DNA from: Vairimorpha necatrix
Lineage: Eukaryota
Reading direction: 5' to 3'
Length of the DNA stretch: 64,000 nt
Assembly (NCBI GenBank): GCA_036630325.1
Contig: CP142727.1
Coordinates: forward strand, 1,426,001 to 1,490,000
Of this stretch, positions 39,290 to 51,468 are shown one piece after another. Position numbers and translations under genes: made by a program. The stretch's first letter is position 1, and the number at the start of each line of letters is the position of its first letter. The notes below the pieces were generated by a model. The model had not been told where the DNA came from and made no database searches. It was given only the letters and a program-made list of their open reading frames with translations.

Positions 39290-39475
39290 AACATCCAGAT
39301 GATCACGCTACAAAGCAGGTCTCTGGACTAGTGAAGGAGAGGATACGAAGCAGATGTGGAAAAGACTATGAAGATAAGAAGCAACCTACAAGCAGGAGAC
39401 GCTAACGCGAACCTATCCTTGTTAAACTATAAATATAAGTTACAATAAGCATATCCTAATTAGATTCATTTATTT
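39290..39475 (+). mobile_element. Short 3' remnant of the second non-LTR family
   Basis: CCTACAAGCAGGAGACGCTAA motif and the downstream GCATATCC...ATTCATTT are shared with 51256; the first motif is also at 30792. Confidence 0.6.
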
Positions 39476-40722
39476 TTATGTCGAAATATAACTATATTTC
39501 AACGATATCTTATTGTACCATAACATAGAATTTCGCGACCCAATATAGGATATAAAATTAGTTAAAACATCTTGATCTTAAGATATCTCATGATTTTACG
39601 AGATCAAAATTACTTTTAATAAAGGATAGTTTTTGAAAAACTTACTTTCAATATATGATAATATTGGCAAACCTGTTCAGGAGATGAGTAGACCACCTGA
39701 AATTAAAACGAAATATATATAAATATATCTGATTGTTATGTTAGTATCTTTCTATTAGAGAAAATATTTTACATCTGATCGTATAATATTTACTCGTTAA
39801 ATCAGTAGTAGATCAAAAAAAAGTAAAAAGGATTCAACATTTTGAACTGATATTTTTTGTATATATTTTATATAGAAACCTCATTAATAACAATTTCTAT
39901 TGTATATATAAAATACTTTTTTGTTTAATATTTTGTTTTCGATATTTCTAAAATTTTATCCTTATACATCTGTTTTAAATTAATAGCAAATTGAGAATTA
40001 GGGATATTTATGCATACTTCTTAATTCAAAATATTCATTGTTAATCGTATAGTGTTATAACACTTAATATGATATCGTTTTGAATTTTATCATTTATTTA
40101 TATCAGTATATGGAAGGGACACATAAAATATTAAGCATTTTAAAAGTTTTCATAAATTATCTTTTTAAATTCTTATAATCATTAATTAAATACTAGAATA
40201 ATCATCAAAATATTCTTGTTTTTACATATCACACAATTCAATGTTATGTATCAAATTCATCAGACTGATGTTCTATGAATAATATTAGTAAGTAGGATTA
40301 TTAAAATACTCGAAATGTCTAAAATTGCACCTTTATTCTACGTAAAACTGTTTCTAAATAGTCTAATATTTATAATTTGATCTTAATTCTAATATCCCTT
40401 TTAATAATTGAATTATTTATTCAGATAATGCTAAACTTATATCTATAGAAGTTTTCGCATACATTCATCACAATGATTATGTAATAATCATACTTATGTT
40501 TGATTGGCAATAATTAGGTATAAATGCGATTATTAAAATCATTATTTTCTACGGACTAAAAATATATGACCGGAGAAACCTTATGTTTATCAATAGATTA
40601 TATGACTAAATTTAAGTAAAGCACATGTAGCGGAAGAGCTTTTTTATAATTATAGTAAAAAGCTGCGATTACAATTCTTGTGACAGCCCGTATTTTTTCA
40701 CTGTTAATGTAATTTTTTTTTA

Positions 40723-40951
40723 CTTTATGCTCATGATCTTATTTATCAGCTAATGATTTTTATACAATTTAATACTTCGGAAATTTGAGTATACATCTGT
40801 ATTCCAACTTTTCAACTTCTCGCGACACGTGGGATGCGCAAGCGCTATAAGGTCTTGTCCATTGAAGTTGGTATAACTAACGGGACTCAAATTTCTGAAG
40901 TATATAATTTGTATAAAAATCATTTGTTGATAGAAGATCATGAGCATAAAC
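40723..40951. mobile_element. Candidate MITE/foldback with ~66-bp imperfect inverted arms and TA on both flanks
   Basis: 40724-40790 (TTTATGCTCATGATCTT...ATGATTTTTATACAA...ATACTTCGGAAATTTGAGT) is the reverse complement of 40885-40950 apart from a few mismatches. TA at 40721-22 and 40952-53. Confidence 0.75.
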
Positions 40952-41626
40952 TATAGAGATTATTACACTATCAGAAAAAAAATTGACTGTCTTGTGATGT
41001 GATATTGTATAATACTCTATTTATAGTAGTATTAATTTCACAAAACTTCATTGTCATTCCAAACTTGTCTTATCTCTTTATTGCACCAATCCAATCTTTG
41101 ATTTCTCATTGCCCATAAACAAAAAAATTTTATTTAATATTTTAGGAGGGAAATTTAAAATAAACAAAAATTTAAAAGAGCGTAGATTTTGAATTTAAAG
41201 GATTTAATAGCAAAAACAAAACAAATTTTACTTTATAAATTAATTAAAAAATATACAATCAAAAACTAAACAAATATGTTAATTACTCTTTATTCAATGA
41301 TCTTTATTTGAAATTTATTATTAATTTTTCTTTGTCTATAGAGTAACAACTCAATTAAAAAGATGATCAGATGGTATTTTTTAAATAAAATACGGCCTTT
41401 AAATTTTTTAAATTCTCTGGCATTTTTGAAGAAATTCAAAATTTAATTAAATTTTTACTAAAAATCAATCGTAATGTCAAACTAAAATATTTTTTCCAAA
41501 ATAATAGTTACAGTTGTAAAATTTTAAAAGTTTAGGAATTCATTATTTCTAAACTATATAATTATTGTGTAAATATATATTAATATTTTAAAATCTTATT
41601 TGCATTCTGCAGAAATCTAAACATTT

Positions 41627-41935
41627 CTGGAAGCATACATTCAGTCTAATGTGATGAAGAAAACTCCAGAGTCCATCTCTTTGGAACGACGAACAAGATA
41701 CGATAAAGATTATGCAGGAGAGAAAGAAGTAACTAGAGCTTTAAGCGCAATTGCATATATGAAGAATGTTGAACAAGTGATGTCGGTATAGGAGAATGAA
41801 GCTAAAAATTTGGAGTTGAAAAACATAAATAATTCCACAGAAACCAAAGTCTATGAAGAGCCGAATCTAGTGAGCGATACCAAAGTAAACTGTGCTAATC
41901 TAACTTTAATGATAAATTAACTCAATAAATCTTTT
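41627..41935 (+). mobile_element. 5'-truncated copy of the RLE non-LTR element at 50088-51057
   Basis: Colinear similarity to ~50740-51053 (CTGGAAGCATA...CCAGAGTCCATCTCTTTGGAACGACGA...AATTAACTCAATAAATCTTTT). Confidence 0.88.
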
Positions 41936-42689
41936 ATATGTTGTCAACACTAAACACAAACATTGGCGTACTTACGAATGTAGTAACGACCATGGAACTT
42001 TCGTTTGATTGTGTGACCCAACTTGACATGCCTTTCAAAACGGTTGACATATTTTTGACATCTGTCCATGTGTTGTAGTAATGTACATCACAGTATCTAA
42101 GAAAAACAAAATCTCAATAAAGAATATTAGTTAAATCACATAAATATGTTTTTATAATTTTGTATTCGAAATTATTAAAAGAATGTAGTTCATATATAGT
42201 TGTAGCAGATCAAATATATATTAATCATATTCTTACAAATGACAGTTTTAACTTGTTGAAAAAATTATTTAAAAAAATTTACTTTAGAGGGTATGGAAAA
42301 TAAGAATAACAAAATTGCCAGATATAATAGAGAAATTGAAATAAGAAGCCAAGAAATCTTAAATTGTGCGGTCACATATGAAAGTATTTTGTATATAATA
42401 TAGGACATATACTTGTTTTTGCAGTGTAAAATGTTTACTATTTTTTAGTATAACATGTATATATATATAGAAATGTATATTTGGATCAAAGAAAATCTTA
42501 TATAATTTATTTTCCAAAAGAAAGCATAGAACTAATATTGTAAATTGTTCTATTATTTGTTTCATTCGATTTAATGATCTTTCAATATGACTAATATGAA
42601 ATGTTTCTTTGTGCATAGAAAGAAAACTAAAATTAAAGGAAGTTAAAAATATAATTGGTTTTCTTAAACGATAACCAAAATTAAAATAC

Positions 42690-42760
42690 GTGTGCTTGGC
42701 AGAATGGTTGCACCTTGATTTGGGATATTGAAGGTCCAAGGTTCGATTCCCAATGGCAAT
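42690..42760 (+). pseudogene. Degenerate tRNA-like sequence (TGG at the anticodon position, Pro-like); pseudo-tRNA or SINE head
   Basis: A-box-like TGGCAGAATGG, loop TTTGGGA and B-box GGTTCGATTCC at tRNA spacing. The D-stem pairs; the acceptor, anticodon and T stems do not. Confidence 0.4.
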
Positions 42761-43499
42761 AAAATTAAAATTTATATTCACTGTGTAGAAATAGATGCTG
42801 TTGGGCATACAGACGTCTCTAAATATAATATTTCAAAATTGATAGACTAAACAAATATTATGAAAATAATTCTTGAAATGAATTGATTAGTAATTTCTGA
42901 AATATATTCACACTTTAAATTCTTATTACATATAATTTGTTTTTCTGTGTTTCAAAATACCATGGCTGTATATTCTATAGGGATCTAAAAGCTGATTATG
43001 GCCCTCTTGATGTAGAAATTTATGAAGTTGATTATTATACAAACAAGATATAGTATAAGATGGAGATCTGTTCAATTATTTTATTAAAGACAAAGAAGTT
43101 TAATAAGTTTGCTTTTAGTGTTCTGTGTAAGAGAAAGGGCCATCTGAATTCTAGATGTTTTATTTTTATATAGACATTATATTAATCTGATAAATCTATA
43201 CAGAGGTTTTAAAACCTTTATTTTAATATATTTATTGATTTAATGATGCGATTAGAGGCTTGTATATAAAAATATTCTTAATTAAAAAAAAATGGTTGCG
43301 TCGGAGATAGTGAAGCGCAAGTATTCGGTAATAGTTAAGTGAGTAGAAATACCCTATATCAATTGGATTGTTAACTTAATTTTTTTTGAGTTCATGTATA
43401 AGATTTCATCTTGTCTTCTACTCGCCGAGAATACGAAATTTTAAATTAAATAAAGGCTATAAGTCAAAATTATGTTTTTTGAACTTTTAAATTTTTAAT

Positions 43500-43900
43500 T
43501 ATTCAAAGATGACAAGTATATATATTCAAACACCAAGAATAAGAATAAAATCATAAAAAAAAAATTATCTAAAATGACATAATTTTGATTTGTTTTTTTC
43601 ATTGATGAAAAGAATTTATACACATTTATAAAAAATAAGAAGTTGATAAAAATCATAAAAAAATTTTGTCTAAAATGCAATAATTCTAATTTTAGAGTTT
43701 TGAAAGTTTCATTTTTTAAATGAGGAAAATTCTATATACATATATATATACAATAAGACTGAAAAGAAAATCATGAAAAAATAATTAGTCTAAAATGCAA
43801 TAATTTCTAATTTAAGAGATTTAAATTTTAGATTTTCCAAACTTGACAATATATATACAAATGTAAAAAGAAAGAGAAGAAAATCATGATAATTAATTGA
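43500..43900. repeat. Degenerate tandem repeat, ~100-120-bp unit, 3-4 copies
   Basis: Recurring ATATATAC...AAAATCAT(A/G)AAAAA...TCTAAAATG..ATAATT block at ~43547, ~43650 and ~43767, partial at ~43880. Confidence 0.65.
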
Positions 43901-46900
43901 TGAAAATAATCACCCCAAAATAATTCATTACAAAAGAACTCAGCTATATCATGAATGTTTAAAAGTAACTATTCTTGACATTTTAAACGATCAACTAATT
44001 ATTAAGAAGAGATGCACTTGTATATGTATATATATATTTAAGAAGAGATAATAATATTGACAAGACAAAAATAATCTGATATTAAAATTCGGAATAAACA
44101 GTATTGTAAGTACCAAACTTCAAAAGTAGACTTAATATTCTTTGCGATTAAAAAATTCTAATTCTATCTATAGCTTGCAAACAAAGTAAAGTTAGTATAC
44201 ATACTAGAGAAACATTAAAAATTAGTTTAATCATTTTTTCAACAAACACTGTTAAATACATTGTTTTGGAGCTATTTATCTTAACAACCGAACTAGATGA
44301 TTTAAGAAATTTTTATTTCGAACAGATTCCAATTAATACTACATAATTGAATAATCTATGTGTGATAAATTATTTGCACACTGAGACGTGGCCTGCCCTG
44401 AGGATTAGCTATTATTGACTGGCACATCGATAGACAAAAGAAATGATTGACTTTAGATGGCAAAATGAGCAGGTATATATCTGTAATGTTGACATATAAA
44501 GATTTATATAACAAATGTTTCTTGTGTTTTAAATATCTCCAATTATTCATTAGCATTTTACTTAAATAAGACACTTTTGGGGAAAGACTAGGAAAGATTA
44601 CTTATTAAGGATCGAAAAGCACAGAAAAAATTAGAACATTAAAGAAAACAACAATATTCCCTCTTTAGGGCGTAAATCAACCATGAAATCTATATATAAA
44701 ATAAAATAAAAATTATATAATACTAGAAATTCAAAATGCCAACAAAATTTATAAATTTACACTAAGATATGTGTAGATATAATAAACATGGCAAGTGCTT
44801 AATATAAATATACATAAATATACTAAGAAATAAAAATCGTATTAATAAGAGCATATTTATTGCAACATTCAGATGTATCTATGTATAAAAGAATGAAATA
44901 CCCCAGAATCAATTACATCATATATTTTATTCGTACAGACTTGACATAATGAACAAAAACGTATTTTAATAATATAACATAAGATAATTTTGAGTTTCTG
45001 AGTTATGATAATTTCGACAAATTAATAAAAAAAAAATATTCCGTATGTAAAAAGAATAAACAAATTATATTAAAGAACCCAATCGATGAAAATTAAGTAT
45101 TGTAAACATTCAAACTATTGTTCTTTTTGGCAAGACAGATAGCCCAAACCCCCAAAAATTAAATAAAAGACAAATTAAAAAAAAATTTTACGTATCTTAT
45201 ATATTTTAAAATATAATGTCAGTGTAAATGTACTATTATTAATATTCTGTAGACTGATTATAGAGATTTTGACCTACAATAAATGATATAAGAGAAATAA
45301 TATTTTTATTAAAGGGTAAAATGAACAAAAGTTGAAAAATAAAAGAAATATACATTGGGAATAACGAGATTATTATTATTTTTTGATTTTAATTACAAGA
45401 AAAAATATTTTTTTACGCCATACATACAATAAAATAAAAGAAATCTGCAAATTCATATTTGATATGTTTAGATTTCATTACGTTAACATTTTTTTTTAAA
45501 TTATATAATCTTAACAATGAAAAATTTATATTTTATGATACTATATTTTTTGAATATTCCAGAGATGAAAATATTTTTCAAATATGGGGTGAATGATCAT
45601 TTAAATATAACATTTCTAAAAAATAATTAAATTGATATATTTTTGAATTACACCCCTAATAGATATACTTTTTGTTTTCATATAATTAGACTATCTAAAT
45701 CATAGACAATTCAAATAGAGAAGAGAACGATATATAAATAGAAAAGAAAACAAATAAAAAGATTACATATCTAACAATAGTTATAAAACTGTACACTAAA
45801 TCAAATTTATTGTTCACATTAGAAATTATACCATGGATTAAATAATTGCAGACATAAATTTTGACTGAACCTTTCTGGGATTGATTTGGTTGCAAATTAA
45901 ATTTTTATAAAAAATGCACATATTTTATTTATGTTCTATAAAAAAAAGTAAAAGGACATTATATTCACATTATAAGTTACTTTAAAAATAATTAGACAAA
46001 AAATAAAGTATGCATGAAACAAATTAACTCGTTTCATCCTTATTTCTAATTTCTAAAACCAAATTCCGTACACAATTTTAATTTGGCAGAAAAACAAATC
46101 CCTAGATGAAAGATTATCGAAATGTCATTTCTTACAATAAAAATTTTGATGTTATGTTCAAGCCATTTATAATATTAAAAACGAAAATATATATATGCGA
46201 GAAATTAATATTTACAAAATTAAACAAACAATTTCTTTAAAAAACAGTTCAATATTTATTTTAGATGAATCAATAGCTTTCATTCCTCGTATAAAGGACA
46301 AGGATCATATATATCATTATTAAAATAGAAATACTGTCATTATTATTTGTTTGTTCCGTAAATCCGAACCAAATCCTCTATCGTATAACAAAACATAAGG
46401 TTACACATTTGATAATCTTTATGAATTTTTAGATTGTAATTTAGTACTGTTTCCTTAATAGAGATGTATTGTTTTTTTTTTAAAATATCAGTTGTTGATA
46501 AAATTTAGACAAGAAATTAATATGAAAATTACCTTATAAAACAAAGATGAAATACGCTTAATACGTACAATTCATGTCGAATTAATATAATCAACTTGTT
46601 ATAAATTAAGAATATTTTGTCAAGCAACATGATTCAATGTATCTGTGTAAAATCAAAAATAAGATAAATTCTTACTCAAAAAATAAATTATATAAAATAT
46701 AATAATTTGAAATATTTATATTTTTCAATTATTATTTTTAAATGACAAGAAACGTACCTATATTAAAAAGATAATACAAGCGTTAAAATGATGTGAATCT
46801 AATACACTCTTTAAAAATCAAGACAACTTGCATTTTAGACATAAAACTATGTATGTAGAAATTTTTAAGTTAATAAATATGAATATAAAACTTGCATCAG

Positions 46901-48468
46901 CAATATATATAGAGTGGATAAAAAAAATATTAAGTTTAAAACAAAATAACAAACCGTTTTTAATACAATTTTATAATCAATAGTGTAATATAAGAAAAAT
47001 TTACATATAGAGTATAAAATAACTGAAAACTAATGTTCTATATATAAATTAGAGTTGATTATTGTATAAAAAATAATAAGTAATATTGTATAAAGTAGCT
47101 TTTAATAACTATTTTTAAATGTTATATTTTTGTGGTAGACACTGAATATTTAGAACATTTTGAAAATACTTATGAGATATAAAATGAATATCCAGTCCTT
47201 TATCTTTAAGATTAACGTCACTAGAAAAAAACATTGTAACCAAGCCTTTTCCATAATGACTATTAAGATTTACTTTTTTTGAAAATTTTTTTGATCCTTA
47301 AACGACGAAGTGTATTTTGGAAATCATTAAAAAATTTTATGTAAAAATGAGCTTTAAAAAATGAAAAAATAGAACTTTACTATTAATGAACAACTTCACT
47401 TACAACTAGAAATAAAATTGATGGATACATCGACCGTGTTTTCAAAAAGAGGCCAGGTTTAAAAAAAAACATTACTGATGCAGTGTTTAATGAATTTTGT
47501 TAATATCGAATTAACGTCTAAAGAATTTATCTAGGATCATCTTTTTTTCTTTTATACGATTATATATCCCCATTTTTCAAAATTCGAATAACTGGTAGTC
47601 AAAGAAGTCCGTAGAAAGCAGGATCAAATTTTAGTAATGTTAAATGTCGAGTAAAAGATTTATGTAATGATAAGTGACATTTGTGTAAGTTAATTATGTA
47701 CATTATTTTGCAATTTAGAATTTAATTAAAGCTTTGTTTCTCATTAGCAGTGAATCTTGACGATGTAATATAAAGATAGACAAAAACATATGTTCTGAAA
47801 CGAAAAAATTACACAATATGTACTTTCTGTAGTTTTTTTTGAGAATTCAAATTGGTATTTATGAATAAACTTCCTACACTAAACGTATGAGAACAAATTC
47901 ATTGTTAACAAAATTCTATGTAATGGTTCTCTCTTATCTTACATGGAAAAAAAATAAAAATTAGGAAGAGTGTAATTTTATGAGAAAAGAAGAGAATGTC
48001 TAGAAATATTATTTTATGAAGGATCATTAACATTTACGAAAATTTTAAAACAATCGAAAAGCGAAATTTATCAGATAAGAAATTTAGCATATAATAAAAT
48101 TTGAAAGTTTGGGCATACGGTAATTGATTGCAATTACATATCTGTCATATAAAGTATATATTGACACTGATTCAGACAAAGTTTAAAATTAGCTTTGAAA
48201 GTCTTTATTAGTTAACATTCAACTTTAGATAATATATTAGTAATAAATAGATAGCAAATTATCATATAAACTGTTTACAGTTATAATTAAGATGAATCAG
48301 TAGAACAAAATATTTCAAATGTAAAGTTATAAATGATTAGAACATTATATAAATACCAAATTAAAGACTGTCATTCTATTATAATGAATAATTTTAATGA
48401 GTGTAATAAATAAAAATATCATAAAAACGAATATATGATAAAAATTTTTATAAATAAATAAGAATGAT

Positions 48469-48507
<39 letters not shown>

Positions 48508-48535
48508 TAAAAATCTAGATTTAGTATAAAAAAAT

Positions 48536-49681
48536 GGTACATGACCGTTTGTCACCCGCTTTGGGAAAATGAACCCGCATTGAAAAATTCAAAAAAAGGG
48601 AAAAATAAAAAAAATTATAAAAAAAGAGACTTAACGATTTATTTTGAATAATGAAAGAAGTCGATTAATTCTTTGGTTTTTTGCTATTTGATAAGACCAT
48701 AGAAACTGTAAAAGATACTCATAGTGCTCGTCCTGGTTTATTCCATGTATAGACCGAATATCTCTCTTCGAAAGAGACCAAAATCCTTCAATTTGTTGAG
48801 TAAGTGTCTCGGGATCGTTAGGATTTACAAAATTGATAGAGTGATTGACAGTCCTATGCTCCATCCCTGTGATTTGTCTAAATGCAGCACCATATGCTCT
48901 CCATTGATCAGTGATCACAATATAACCAGGCAATACATTATCTTGTATTAACTTAAGAAGCGTAGCAATATTTCTACTAGCTACAGGGACGAGAAAGGCC
49001 TTTCTAGAACCTCTTTCAACTCCTCCTACATACCACTGACCTGTGGTATGATTGCCACGATTATATTTGGCACGAAAGAATAGACTCTCGTCGATCTCCA
49101 CTACTTTAGGAATGCCTAACTCATCACGACCTCCTAACCTCTGGCTATTATTGGTCACTTCCTCGATTATGCGATCTCTGCAGAGCATACCATATGTACT
49201 TACGGTTTTTCTGTCTAGCTCAAGATCATTTGCTATATCGAGAAAGGAAACTCTTTTGATATACTTATATATCATTCTTATAATTTTATAAAAACTTAAT
49301 TTGGTATTTTCAAAAATAGAGTCTTTTCTGACAGATTTAGAAGTAGTACAAGGTTTCGTGAATTCCAAACATATTTGTCTAATAATCTTATTCTTCTAAT
49401 CAATTTCATTGGCCTTTCAGAGCTGCATACAGTACAAAAAAAGTTGTTTTGTATTAATGAACTGCGTGCCAGAAACATACACGCTGTCTCAGCATCATAA
49501 AATGTTTCCAAAATAAAATTTTCATTTATTTCCATGTTTAAAAACATTTCATCACTTAAAAGCTCATCTTCTATAACAAAATTTGTTTTTGTCAATCTTG
49601 CCATTTTTTGAAAGGGGGGGGTCCTTTAATTTTTCAATGCGGGTTCATTTTCCCAAAGCGGGTTCCAAACGGTCATGTACC
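48536..49681 (-). mobile_element. Near-intact Merlin (ISXO2/IS1595-like) DNA transposon, 1146 bp
   Basis: 54-bp TIRs GGTACATGACCGTTTG..ACCCGCTTTGGGAAAATGAACCCGCATTGAAAAATT (2 mismatches); perfect 8-bp TSD AAAAAAAT. Confidence 0.95.
48631..49604 (-). pseudogene. Merlin DDE transposase with one frameshift near 49360-49370
   Basis: N-terminal CTVC...KYVW in one frame; KPC..SVRKDSIF, VEIDES, ITDQWRAY, VNHS.NFV and TQQIEGFW in the other. A C7 run precedes the ATG. Confidence 0.92.
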
Positions 49682-50087
49682 AAAAAAATATATTTAGAAA
49701 AAACATGTTGGCCATGTAAAAGAAGGTGAGTAGTAATTTGGTTGTCGGTAATGAATTTTGATTTTTTTTTATTAAGATAATTAAAACAACGGATTATATT
49801 ACAATAAATACTAAATGAAGGATAAATCATCAGATCAAGCCTTGTAGAATTCTAGTATTTTTTATCGATGTAAGGTTCATATTAATCTTGTCTATTATAT
49901 TTAATGAACCTAATCTTTTTGTAATATTTAATTTATATATTTTGGGATCTGAAATTATCTTCATTTAAGGAAAATATTTAAAAAAAATATTTTAAATATA
50001 TTATGATTAAACAAAAATGATATATTAAAAATTTAAATAAGATAACTTATAGAGTATAATAAAAAGATATATATATATATATTTGAA

Positions 50088-51057
50088 AAAATGAGGGTAA
50101 GGACAGAGCAGGAGGAAGAAACCGAAAAAATTACAAAACAAACCTCTATAGCAAACATAGACAAAGTAGACACAGAAGAGAAAGAACAGGGGCCAGAACA
50201 CACTAGTGTGCCCACTCATCTTCTGTGGACAAGAGGGACAATGTCCCCATTGTGGATCTCATAGGAAGACCGTGGATCATTTAGCTACCAAGTGTGATCG
50301 AATGTTGGGTTTTGATTATATGAAAAGACACAACGAGGTAGTTAGATGCATTCATCTCTTACTATGTATTAAATATGGGTTTAAGAAGACAAAGAAAATA
50401 CGTGGACACTCAGTACAAGAGATCATGGAAAATGATCGTGCAGAAATAAGAGTAGATACGAGAATATCCACTAATATAAAGGTAACCCATAATAAGCCTG
50501 ATATTCTTGTGTTTGACAAGAAGAAGAAAGAAATTTTAATAGTTGAAGTTGGTATAACCAACCAGGATCGACTTACTATAGTTGAGAATGAAAAACTAAG
50601 AAAATATGACCTTCTTGCAAATGAACTGGGACTAATACATAAATCCCGGACAAGAATAGTTCCTTATGTAATGACATGGGATGGAGTGGTGACCAAATAT
50701 CACAGAAAGTACATCAGGGAGCTAGAAATCCAACCCTACCTGGAAGCATATATCCAGTCTATTGTGATGAAGAAGACTCTAGAGTCCATCTCTTTGGAAC
50801 GACGACGAGGATACGATCAGGAGGATGCAGGAGAAGAAGAAGTGGCTAGAGCTGTAAGCGCACTAGCGAATATGGCGACTGTTAAAGAAGTGGTGTCGGC
50901 AAAGGGGAATGAAGCTGCTAAAGTGAAGTTGGAAAACATTAATAATTCCACAGAAACCAAAGTCTGTGAAGAGCTGAATCCCATGAGCGATACCGGGGAA
51001 AGCTGTGCTATGAATATCTAAACATAATTGAAAATTAACTCAATAAATCTTTTATTT
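50088..51057 (+). mobile_element. Partial non-LTR retrotransposon with a restriction-like endonuclease (R2/R4/NeSL-type group); RT absent
   Basis: ORF 50206-51021 has the CCHC motif CPHC...DHLATKC, RHNEV and the PD-(D/E)xK-type KPDILVFD...VEVG...K..KY. Ends in AATAAA. Candidate 10-bp TSD TATATTTGAA (50078-87 and 51058-67). Confidence 0.88.
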
Positions 51058-51153
51058 TATATTTGAATAAAAAAATAATCTAATAGTAATATTGTTGTGT
51101 TATATAATATAAAAAATAGGTTAAACTATCAAATACTCTAAGAATTTAATAGC

Positions 51154-51345
51154 GTACATCAAGATGATTAACAGAAGACAAACTAAAGCATTCCAATAGA
51201 CTACAAAAGAGGTGTGAAGGTTCCGATTTAAAAAGGACTAAGAGCCGTGAAGCTGCCTACAAACAGGAGATGCTAATGCGGAACCTATTAAGAATATACT
51301 AGAATATAAAACACCATTAGCATATCCCGTATTAATTCATTTTTA
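51154..51345 (+). mobile_element. Short 3' remnant of the second non-LTR family
   Basis: CCTACAAACAGGAGATGCTAA motif at 51256 and GCATATCC...ATTCATTT, as at 39385. Confidence 0.6.
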
Positions 51346-51468
51346 TTAGAATAATAATAATAATTATGTTTTATATATTTATAAAGATTATTTATATATA
51401 TTATAACAATGGTATTTATTATGTTATTTTCTGGAATAAACTATATTTTTCCATATTAAATATGAATT

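Noticed and set aside
48536-49681. Bacterial IS1595-family element or contamination
   Set aside because: Embedded with a TSD in telomere-linked eukaryotic DNA and has a host-type C-run before the ATG; Merlin is the eukaryotic relative.
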